DNA of 64,000 bases from Podarcis muralis (lineage: Eukaryota). The position numbers and the translations under genes are program-made. The notes under the pieces are model-generated. The model had not been told where the DNA came from. It worked only from the letters and a program-made list of their open reading frames with translations, and searched no databases. Below are positions 1-9,656 of the stretch, piece by piece; the first letter of the stretch is position 1; the number at the start of each line of letters is the position of its first letter. The stretch covers positions 10,850,001-10,914,000 of the forward strand of contig NC_135673.1 in NCBI RefSeq assembly GCF_964188315.1. The letters run 5' to 3'.

Positions 1-1950
1 CGTAACATTGTACAGGAGGCAGCAACGAAAACCATCCCAATGAAAAGGAAATGCAAGAAAGCAAAGTGGCTGTCCAACGAGGCCTTACAAATAGCGGAGG
101 AGAGAAGGCAAGCAAAATGCGAGGGAGATAGTGAAAGATACAGGAAATTGAATGCAGATTTCTAAAGAATAGCAAGGAGAGACAAGAAGGCCTTCTTAAA
201 CGAGCAATGCAAACAAATAGAGGAAAACAACAGAATGGGAAGAACCAGAGATCTGTTCAAGAAAATTGGAGATATGAAAGGAACATTTCGTACAAAGATT
301 ACCATAATAAAGGACAAAAGTGGTAAGGACCTAACAGAAGCAGAAGACATCAAGAAGAGGTGGCAAGAATACACAGAGGAATTATACCAGAAAGATATGG
401 ATGTCTCGTACACCCCAGGTAGTGTGGTTGCTGACCTTGAGCCAGACATCCTGGAGAGTGAAGTCAAATGGGCCTTAGAAAGCACTGTAAATAACAAGGC
501 CAGTGGAAGTGATGGTATTCCAGCTGAACTATTTAAAATTTTAAAAGATGATGCTGTTAAGGTGCTACACTCAATATGCCAGCAAATTTGGAAAACTCAG
601 CAGTGGCCAGAAGATTGGAGAAGATCAGTCTACATCCCAATCCCAAAGAAGGGCAGTGCCAAAGAATGCTCCAACTACCGCACAATTGCACTCATTTCAC
701 ACGCTAGCAAGGTTATGCTTAAAATTCTACAAGGAAGGCTCAAGCAGTATGTGGATCGAGAACTCCCAGAAGTGCAAGCTGGATTTAGAAGAGGCAGAGG
801 AACCAGAGACCAAATTGCAAACATGCGCTGGATTATGGAGAAAGCTAGAGAGTTCCAGAAAGACATCTACTTCTGCTTCATTGACTATGCAAAAGCCTTT
901 TACTGTGTTGACCACAGCAAACTATGGCAAGTTCTTAAAGAAATGGGAGTGCCTGATCACCTCATCTGTCTACTGAGAAATCTCTATGTGGGACAAGAAG
1001 CTACAGTTAGAACTGGATATGGAACAACTGATTGGTTCAAAATTGGGAAAGAAGTACGACAAGGCTGTATTTTGTCTCCCTGCTTATTTAACTTATATGC
1101 AGAATTCATCATGCGAAAGGCTGGGCTGGATGAATCCCAAGCCGGAATTAAGATCGCCGGAAGAAATATCAACAACCTCAGATATGCAGATGACACAACC
1201 TTGATGGCAGAAAGTGAGGAGGAATTAAAGAACCTTTTAATGAGGATGAAAGCGGAGAGCGCAAAATATGGTCTGAAGCTCAACATCAAAAAAACGAAGA
1301 TCATGGCCACTGGTCCCATCATCTCCTGGCAAATAGAAGGGGAAGAAATGGAGGCAGTGAGAGGTTTTACTTTCTTGGGCTCCATGATCACTGCAGATGG
1401 TGACAGCAGCCACGAAATTAAAAGACGCCTGCTTCTTGGGAGAAGGGCAATGACAGGCCTAGACAGCATCTTGAGAAGTAGAGACGTCACCTTGCCAACA
1501 AAGGTCCGTATAGTTAAAGCCATGGTTTTCCCAGTAGTGATGTATGGAAGTGAGAGCTGGACCATAAAGAAGGCTGATCGCCGAAGAATTGATTCTTTTG
1601 AATTATGGTGCTGGAGGAGACTCTTGAGAGTCCCATGGACTGCAAGAAGATCAAACGCATCCATTCTTAAGGAAATCAGCCCTGAGTGCTCACTGGAAGG
1701 ACAGATCGTGAAGCTGAGGCTCCAGTACTTTGGCCACCTCATGAGAAGAGAAGACTCCCTGGAGAAGACACTGATGCTGGGAAAGATGGAGGGCACAAGG
1801 AGAAGGGGGCGACAGAGGGCAAGATGGTTGGATAGTGTTTTCGAGGTTACCAGCATGAGTTTGACCAAACTGCGGGAGGTAGTGGAGGACAGAGGTGCCT
1901 GGCGTGCTCTGGTCCCTGGGTTCACGAAGAGTCGGACACGACTAAACGAC

Positions 1951-1990
<40 letters not shown>
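1..1990 (+). mobile_element. BovB (RTE clade) LINE, 3' part, running off the window start
   Basis: Frame 1 is open from position 1 apart from a single TAA at 163-165. ORF 235-1953 has RT motifs (KAFxCVDH, RQGCILSP, LRYADD) and a BovB-type C-terminus (WCWRRLLRVPW, RRRGRQR). It ends in GAGTCGGACACGACTAAACGACT plus a (CAA)n tail to 1990. Confidence 0.97.
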
Positions 1991-1992
<2 letters not shown>

Positions 1993-2199
1993 TGGAGTTA
2001 GCCAACCCCCAAGCCATCTGAAGGTAATCCTGTATGGGGAATGTATTTAAATTTTTATGTTTTATTATGTTTTTATATATGTTGGAAGCTGCCCAGAGTG
2101 CTGGGGGCAACCCAATAAGATGTGTGGGGAATAAATAGTAAAATTATAATTATGGAATGGGATGTCCTTATTTTCATCAGAGTAATGTTGAAGCGCATG
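1991..2199 (+). mobile_element. Right part of a composite non-autonomous DNA element (same family as 59923-60285), interrupted by the BovB insertion
   Basis: Aligns colinearly with 60073-60285: gagttagccaacccccaagccatctgaaggtaatcc, then an L2-like tail, then ggatgtccttattttcatcagagtaatgttgaagcgcatg. Confidence 0.75.
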
Positions 2200-2376
2200 T
2201 ACATTTCTGAGCACAATTCAAAGTGTTGGTACTGACCTTTAAAACCCTAAACAGCCTTGGCCCCATATACCCCATATGTCTGCACCCCCATTGTTCAGCC
2301 CAGACACTGAGATCCAGCTCTAAGGGCCTTCTGGTGGTTTCCTACCTGCGAGAAGTGAAGCTACAGGGAACCAGGC

Positions 2377-2466
2377 CATAGCTGTCAACTTTTCCCTTTT
2401 CTTGCAAGGAATCCTATTCGGAATAAGGGAATTTCTCTTTAAAAAAGGGAAAGGTTGAGAGCTATG
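2377..2466. mobile_element. 90-bp palindromic hAT-type MITE
   Basis: TIRs catagctgtcaacttttccctttt / aaaaaagggaaaggttgagagctatg. The 8-bp TSD aaccaggc is at 2369-2376 and is restored at 2663-2670 once the later insertion is removed. Confidence 0.85.
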
Positions 2467-2471
2467 AACCA

Positions 2472-2654
2472 AAACAAAAAAAATTCCTTCCAGTAGCACC
2501 TTAAAGACCAACCAACTAAGTTAGTTCTTGGTATCATACCAAGAACTAACTTAGTTGGTCTTTAAGGTGCTACTGGAAGGAATTTTAAAAAAAAATTAAA
2601 AAAATTTTTTTGTTTTGACTATGGCAGACCAACACGGCTACCTATCTGTAACTG
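2472..2654 (+). mobile_element. Penelope-like element pseudo-LTR fragment forming a fold-back hairpin
   Basis: Left arm about 2471-2534 is the reverse complement of the right arm from 2536 (ataccaagaactaacttagttggtctttaaggtgctactggaaggaatttt), with apex C2535. It ends in cagaccaacacggctacc. A 13-bp TSD gagctatgaacca is at 2459-2471 and 2655-2667. The family call is recalled from reptile PLE pLTR sequences. Confidence 0.75.
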
Positions 2655-3066
2655 GAGCTATGAACCAGGCAGAGGGCCTTATTCATAGTGGCACCCACCT
2701 TGTGGAACATCCTCCCATCAGATGTGAAGGAGATAAAGAATTACACAACTTTTAGAAGACATCTGAAGGCAGCCACTGGTATAGGGAAGTTTTTGATGTT
2801 TGAGCTTTTACTGTGTTTTTATATATTTTGTTGGGATAAATAATAGAAATATAATAATTTTTCTATAATCGATCTATCTATCATCTGTCTACACACACAC
2901 TCTCACACAAGTGGATCTACTATGAAACTAATGAAGCTTAAGCTTCAGGGCTCCTAATCGGGGGGGGGGGGGGAGGGGGCAGAAGCAACTTTAGTCTGCA
3001 TTGCTTTAAAAAATTGGGTCTAGTGGCTTGACTAAAATAGATTAATTTTTGCTGTATATATTTGTA

Positions 3067-3289
3067 CAGTCAAACCTCATGATACGGATGCTTCAGGTTA
3101 CGCGTTTTCGGATTGCGGACCGCAGGAAACCCAGAAGTACCGGAACAGGTTACTTCCGGGTTTCACGGCTCACGCATGCGCAGAAGTGTCAAATCGTGCC
3201 CGCGCCAGCACAGCGCTTCAGGATGCGAACGCTGCGGGTTGCAGACGTTCCTCCATCATGGATTACATCTGCAACCTGAGGTTCCACTG
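3067..3289 (+). mobile_element. Tc1/mariner (Tigger-like) MITE
   Basis: TA|cagtcaaacctc ... gaggttccactg|TA termini. A related copy is at 55038-55282 in the opposite orientation. Confidence 0.85.
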
Positions 3290-3350
3290 TATGTATTTCA
3301 ACAATCCCATAGTTTGAGAGTCAGTAGCACAGAGGTTGTAAAGGATCATA

Positions 3351-3717
3351 AAGGTAAAGGTAAAGGTACCCCTGCCCGTATGGGCCAGTCTTGACAGACT
3401 CTAGGGTTGTGCGCTCATCTCACTCAAGAGGCCGGGGGCCAGCGCTGTCCAGAGACACTTCCGGGTCACGTGGCCAGCGTGACAAAGCTGCATCTGGCGA
3501 GCCAGCATCAGAGCAGCACACGGAACGCCGTTTACCTTCCCGCCATTAAGCGATCCTTATTTATCTACTTGCACCCGGGGGTGCTTTCGAACTGCTAGGT
3601 TGACAGACGCTGGGACTGAGCAACGGGAGCGCACCCCGCCGCGGGGATTCGAACCGCCGACCTTTCGATCAGCAAGCCCTAGGCGCTGAGGTTTTACCCA
3701 CAGCGCCACCCGCGTCC
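3351..3717 (-). mobile_element. Full-length Sauria SINE
   Basis: tRNA-derived head with B box (GGTTCGAATCCC on minus) and an (ACCTTT)n tail. 12-bp TSD taaaggatcata at 3339-3350 and 3718-3729. Confidence 0.95.
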
Positions 3718-4589
3718 TAAAGGATCATATTTATACTAAATAAGTAAGCAGATGAGACACACACAAAGATTTCAGTTCTATAACATGCATAGCAGCAAAA
3801 TTAATTAATTAATAAAAAATATCAGTGAGAACAGCAATTACCGGAGAAGAAAAAATCCTCAGCAAAAGATAAAACCCTCCAAACAGCTTCAAGTAACTCC
3901 TAATGTCTTCTGAAAGATCCAGGTTTATGTACTTCCTACATATATTATTAAAATGTTACTACCATTAAGCAAAGCACATTTTTAAAATGTTTTTCAGAGA
4001 CCACCAAGGAGCGTAATTAACACATTTAGCACAACAAGACAAAGGTAAAATGGGACACAGTACCTGCTTTTGTCTTCAGGTCACACAGGAAAGTGCCAAG
4101 CGTTTATTTCCCTCCTCCTTTTCACCCTACAAATAAAAAACCAGAAAATCCCCCAGAGCAAGCATGTTTCAAAAACATTTCCTGGATCAGAAAAGTTAAT
4201 GCAAAGAATCCCCAGCTCTTCCAATCTATCCCAAAAATATGTATAAGACCATCAGCCAATAGTCTGATGTCTTGTCTTGTTGGTCGCAGGAGAAAAGTAG
4301 GAGGAGATGAGAAGATCCAGAGATGCATCACAGTATGCAAATTATTTTAGCAGGAACAGCTAGCATGATGTAAAATTTGAGTTTAGTGGAAAAACAAGCC
4401 TAACAAGTGGCTGAGGAAAGGAGATCATAATCTGCTGTTCTTTGAAGGAAAGTCTAGCTGTGATTCACAATCCTGCTGCGATGTTGACCCAGAAAAGGGA
4501 GAGAGAAGAGACATACCTGGGCATCATGAACTGAATTAGATGGGAGAGCTTTCAGTGTGCAGTTCACATTTTCCTGATCTCTCCCTCTC

Positions 4590-4730
4590 TCCTTTTCATC
4601 TAATCCAGGTGTCACCCTGCCTGTCCTGAGCAGCTGTTTGGAACCAGTAATGAGCTCAATTTGGGTGAATGAACTGAAGCTTGATCCACGCAAATAAGAA
4701 GTGCTGTTAGGTAATAACAAATTACCAAAG
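4590..4730 (+). mobile_element. Old L2 RT remnant
   Basis: Translates to VLSSCLEPVMSSIWVNELKLDPRK*EVLL, resembling the L2 motif CL..V..WM..NKLKLNP.KTE.L. Confidence 0.55.
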
Positions 4731-5791
4731 GATGAAAGTGGTTCTCATGTTCTGGAAACCCACAGATTAAATGACTGCAACATGCCAGATTCAGGTCTGC
4801 CACCGAGTTACACCTTCAAATTACATTTTGGACAAGGTGCAGTCTATAAATATTATTTATAAATAAACTGGGAGGAGATTTCAAACCATTCAGAAGCATC
4901 CACACAGATGCTAGATTGTTCACTGGGACCAGCTGAATGGGGGTCATATTTTCAGTTCTTGGGACTTTCTCCAGATGGCCTGTTTATGGATAATTTGTTC
5001 TGATTTGTTTGCAGGATGCTTATATGATAATGAGCATTTTTCCTGTGTTCAAGCTTATTTGCTTCTGGGCTGTTTAAGTGTTCCCATGGGTTATTCGTTC
5101 ATCCCATACGTTTCTATGCATTTCCTAGTCACTTAACACACACACAAAGTCTGGCTCTAGGATTTCCCTGCCCTCAGAATGGTGAAACTCTTAAACATCT
5201 TGGCCAGCTGCCAGTCTGTTTCTGAGTAAGTGTCCAGAGTGTGTTAGGTATAAGGTTGCCATCTTTGTTCTGGCAAAACAGGACATGGAATCATTGTCTC
5301 AATTTTCCAAGGACAGTCCCAGAATTACAGAAGCGTCTGATCCCAGAATGTCCCAGTTTGCCTTTTTCTCCCCCTCCATGTCTCGGAGAACAATTAAAGT
5401 GAAGCGGGGGGGTGGGGTAGGGGTAGGGTATATTTGTTTTTATAACGAAAATAAAATACCTGTGCCAAATTAAGGCATGCAAAGTCCTTCCTACAATTTC
5501 AAAGGAAAATGTCACCATTCCACTATAAATTCTTTAATTGCAATGCTTCAACTGCCAACCATTTCTTAGGAAACATATGAAGTGTTTATTCTTTTATTGT
5601 AAATGGAGCCTTACCCTATCTACTCAGAAGTAAGTCCCACTGTATTAAATGGAGCTTACTCCCTAATAATAATAATAATAATAATAAATCTTTATTGTCA
5701 TTGCCCCCTCTCGGGGACAACGAAATTACTTTACCTAGTGACTCGGTAAAGACTGGGCAGCCTTACACTGCAATCCAAAGCATTTTTACAT

Positions 5792-6127
5792 GGTTGGCGC
5801 TGTGGTCTAAACCACAGAACCTAGGACTTGCCAATCAGAAGGTCGGCGGTTCGAATCCCTGCAATGGGGTGAGCTCCCGTTGCTCGGTCCCTGCTCCTGC
5901 CAACCTAGCAGTTTGAAAGCACATCTATGTACTGCTCCGGCAGGAAGGTAAATGGTGTTTCTGTTCTCTGCTCGGGTTCTCCAGAAGCGGCTTAGTCATG
6001 CTGGCCACATGACCCAGAAGCTGTCTGAGGACAAACACCGGCCCCCTCGGCCTATAGAGCGAGATGAGTGAGCAACCCCTGTAGTCCGGACTGGACCTAA
6101 GGGTCAGGGGTACCTTTACCTTTACCT
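5792..6127 (+). mobile_element. Sauria SINE, second subfamily, slightly 5'-truncated
   Basis: ggcggttcgaatccc B box, agaagcggcttagtcatgctggccacatgacc core and an (acctt t)n tail. No clear TSD. Confidence 0.92.
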
Positions 6128-6171
6128 AAGCCCCACTGAGCTCAATAGGATTCACTGTCTGGTATGTTCCT

Positions 6172-6531
6172 GGGACGCGGGTGGCACTGTGGGTGAAACC
6201 TCAGCGCCTAGGACTTGCGGATCGCATGGTCGGCGGTTCGAATCCCCGCAGCAGGGTGCGCTCCCGTTGCTCGGTCCCAGCGCCTGCCAACCTAGCAGTT
6301 CGAAAGCACCCCCGGGTGCAAGTAGATAAATAGGGACCGCTTACTAGCGGGAAGGTAAACAGTGTTTCCATGTGCGGCTCTAGCTCGCCAGAGCAGCTTC
6401 GTCACGCTGGCCACATGACCCGGAAGTGTCTGCGGACAGCGCTGGCTCCCGGCCTATAGAGTGAGATGAGCGCACAACCCTAGAGTCTGGCAAGACTGGC
6501 CCGTATGGGCAGGGGTACCTTTACCTTTACC
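6172..6531 (+). mobile_element. Full-length Sauria SINE
   Basis: gggacgcgggtggcactgtggg head, B box and (acctt t)n tail. 9-bp TSD tatgttcct at 6163-6171 and 6532-6540. Confidence 0.95.
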
Positions 6532-6629
6532 TATGTTCCTGCTCATTCTCGCAGTTTCTATTACTACTATTATTATTATTACTATAATTATTACTAATAT
6601 TATCATAATTATAACTTTTTCCTTTCTTT

Positions 6630-7080
6630 TAGGAGTATCTCAGATGTCCCAGAGACCCAAATAATTTTCTTCTCTATGCAACTACAGCAGCCCGAAGAAT
6701 ATATGCCCAGAAATGAAGGAAGAGAGCAGTACCAACAGCAGAGGAATGGCAGATGAAAATGATCCAATATGCAGAATTGGCAAGCCTAACCAGTCAAATA
6801 AGAGATCAAGAAGAAAGGGTATTTAAGGAAGATTGAAAAATGTTTGTAGAATATTTGAAAAATCATTGTAAACTGGTTAGAACGTTAGCAGGTTTAGAGT
6901 AAATCCAGCAGTAAAATATATGTTGATATAAATAGAGAAAGGGAAAAACCTGGACTAGAATATGCAGCAGTAAGGGGTAATCAGAAGGAACCGTGGAAGG
7001 GGGGGGGGTTGTTTAATTCAATGTTTTGCTTTGTTTATGTTATCATGAAAAATTATAAATAAAACTTTAAAAATAAAATA
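6630..7080 (+). mobile_element. L1 LINE 3' end (decayed ORF2 C-terminus, 3'UTR and A-rich tail)
   Basis: Translates to LLYATTAARRIYAQK*..VPTAEEWQMKMIQYAELASLT...F.ED*KMFVEYL, an L1 ORF2 terminal domain. Followed by aataaa and an A-rich tail. Confidence 0.8.
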
Positions 7081-8139
7081 ATTTTTTATTTAATTCCATT
7101 TATCTGTGGAAGGTGGTGTAATTGGCTCAAGGGGACCAATGTACGTAGGTGTGCATATGACATCTATGTATATAGTGAGATCAAATATGGGAGAAGCCTT
7201 CTGATGTATAATTAGATGTCCCTATTTTCACTGGAGAAATGTTGGAGCGTATGCATTCCACCATCAGTGCCTAGACTAGGATCTCTTAAGTGTTTACACT
7301 CTCTCACACAGGCCAGACCGCCAAAACTTGTTCTGGGTTCCAGAACTACTCTAACCTGTTTTGGATGCTGTTGCTTAAAGAGAGCAATATTAAGCAACAA
7401 CTAAGAGAAGAATAGAACTCACTGGCAATGACTCACATGGATCTGGGGCGGGAATTTCCATGCTTCCTTTTCCCTCTGTATGCTTTCCACACAAATGCAC
7501 ACACCCAAACCTCTGCTGCTGATACTAGGGCTTGGATTATTGCATTAGATTATTGCACCCTTGGCAGATAACCCTGGCTATGCAGGAAGATGTCAAATGA
7601 AAAGAGATGTTCACACACTCTCAATATACGTGTATCACCTTGCCACTCCAGATCCACTCCACTTTGCAATGCAAGTACAGAAATACATGGAAGCAATATA
7701 GCAAGCAAGTGACAACAGTTGTGACTGACCAATCTCTCCTTTCTGTAGAGGCACTAGGAATGCCTGGAAAAGAAGAGTCCTGCTGGATCAGACGAATGGC
7801 CCATCTGGTCCAGCATCCTGTGGCCAGTTTTTCTAAAAAAAAAAAAAAGTTTAGGGGTACTCTCATTTCGAAATACTGCCCCTCAATGAGGCCAAATTTA
7901 GATTCACAAAATGTTTAGGGGTATGCGCACCTCTGTATTCCCCCAGAAAAAAAGCACTGATAGTGGCCATCCAGATGCCAAAATGGGAAGCCTGAAGTAC
8001 AAGTGCCCTGCATGTCTACAGTGAATGTTCTGTGTGGGTTAGTTCACACAGAAGTATTTGCTCTTTTAAAACAAACAGACATAACCTGAGAAATAATCTA
8101 AGGCCAGATCCAGGTGCTCTTGGAAGCAGCAGATTTTGT

Positions 8140-8235
8140 AGCTCCCTTTCTATCAGGGTTCAGTCCTGGTTTTGGCACAGAAACTGCTTTGGTCGCCTTG
8201 CATGATGATCTTTGTCAGGAGATAGAGGAAATATG
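8140..8235 (+). mobile_element. L2 RT remnant
   Basis: Translates to ..SGFSPGFGTETALVALHDDLCQE, the L2 QSGFR..H/FSTETAL motif. Confidence 0.65.
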
Positions 8236-9224
8236 TCCTTAGGTGGCAACATGAGAACAGGTCTTTTCTACAGTGACTCCCCAGAGAGGTTCGCTTGGAG
8301 CCTTTGGATGATTAATATTCTACAGCCTTTTAAATGTTTGTGGGAGGGTAAGGCTTTGGAAAACACCTGCCTGAAACCCTGTAGATCTGCTGCCAGTCAA
8401 TATAGACAAACTCAAGTTAGATTTGGTCTGACTAAAGACTTGTCCACACAGTGCTGCACTTAGAAAGCATGGGTCAGAGCAGTTTTCCACTTGAACCATG
8501 CTTTCTAGGTGCAGGTTGGAGCAGTTTTCCCTCTGACAAGATCCTTTCCAATGGAAAATCCACTCTTTAGTGATAGATTGGAAGAAATGACAATCCAGGG
8601 AAAACCCGAATTGCTGTTTGCTCTGATTGAGCACTAAATAGCAGTTGCCATGGGAGAAAGCAGCAGGACAATACGAAGTGTCAATAAGTTCTGTTACACA
8701 GTATAAGGCAGCTTCCTGTTTCTAGTTCTTAGGAAGGTACTGTACAAGCTTCCTGAATGTTCTCAGCCAATAGCGTATTTGGCTTGATTGGTTTGAAAAA
8801 GATGCAATCTGGAGATCTGTGCTCATAATTTTAAATTTCCAGTATAGGGGGAGGGGGATGAGGCACTGTGGCTCCTACAACGTGCCAGATACTCTGCTAC
8901 TGAGCTAAGGCCACTCCCCAACTGCTTCACACTTCTTTAGAGATATTTGGACCGGCTCCTTTCCTGAAATCTCTCTCAGCAGGGACACACAGAATTGATT
9001 ACCATATTTGCTAGGGTGAGCGGCTAGGAAGGAAAGGGTTCCTGCATTTTTAAGAGTTATGCAGAATGGAAATGTGGGGTTGTAAAGGCTAACAAGAGGA
9101 AAGGGCTTTTGGTCCCATACCCTGCAAGTTCTTTTTCCACTCAGAGAGACTCCTAGAGTTTCTGCCACAGCTTGTATTATTAGTTCCAGCCACAGTTTGG
9201 AGGAAAAAGAAGAAAATCCAAAAC

Positions 9225-9480
9225 CATCAGATAAATTCTTTATTCAGGACCAAATAAACTGCACAAAATGATAAGCAAGTTTTTCAAAACTATTCATTGG
9301 ACAGGATGTTAAGCAACGAAACAGTGAAAAGCGAGAGGAATAGAGAAACAGTCGGTGAATTACAGTTCCTAGGATTTTTTGAAGGAAGCCATGACAGTTC
9401 TAAGAGTATGACCTTAGGGCAATCTATAGTGTAGATTTAAGTCCAGGTAACAGTGAATAGAAACTGATGTCTGGGGAAAA
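9225..9480 (-). mobile_element. Decayed Penelope-like pLTR remnant with a degenerate hammerhead-like segment
   Basis: The minus strand reads cctgtccaatgaatagttttgaaaaacttgc...ggtcctgaataaag. This resembles the recalled PLE motif cctgatgaagagttc...gaaagcttgc...aataaag. The extent is uncertain. Confidence 0.4.
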
Positions 9481-9656
9481 TATGTTTTTTTTAAAAAAAA
9501 TCCTTACAACTTTACTGAGCATACAGCAGGTGGTTGTACATTTCTAATTGTAGAATTAAGTTCTACAAATTTAGCATATGGATTGTACCAGCACTTTGTT
9601 ACTAAGTAATTTTGTATGTGTAAAAATACAACTGTTTATAAAAGCTACAATGCCTC

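Larger units (their letters stand above)
2208..2840 (+). mobile_element. L2 LINE 3' fragment, split by two nested insertions (2377-2667)
   Basis: 2208-2376 translates like the L2 ORF2 C-terminus (AQFKVLVLTFKTLNSLGP). It resumes at about 2668 with gagggccttattcatagtggcacccaccttgtggaacatcctccc (RAFS..AP.LWN.LP type motif), followed by a T-rich 3' UTR. Confidence 0.8.

Noticed and set aside
984-1925. 313-aa minus-strand ORF
   Set aside because: It is the antisense shadow of the BovB RT frame, and the same shadow recurs at 13418-14041.
3620-3717. tRNA-like sequences here and at about 5800, 6180, 22300 and 29650
   Set aside because: They are Sauria SINE heads with A/B boxes but no complete cloverleaf, and each continues into a SINE body.
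4517-4575. Possible minus-strand exon (cag…CAG|gtatgt)
   Set aside because: The peptide matches nothing I recognise, including GARNL3, the acceptor context is purine-rich, and it abuts an L2 remnant.
5667-5730. (AAT)n plus ctttattgtc as the 3' end of a minus-strand LINE
   Set aside because: Only about 40 bp beyond the tail, too short to assign a family.
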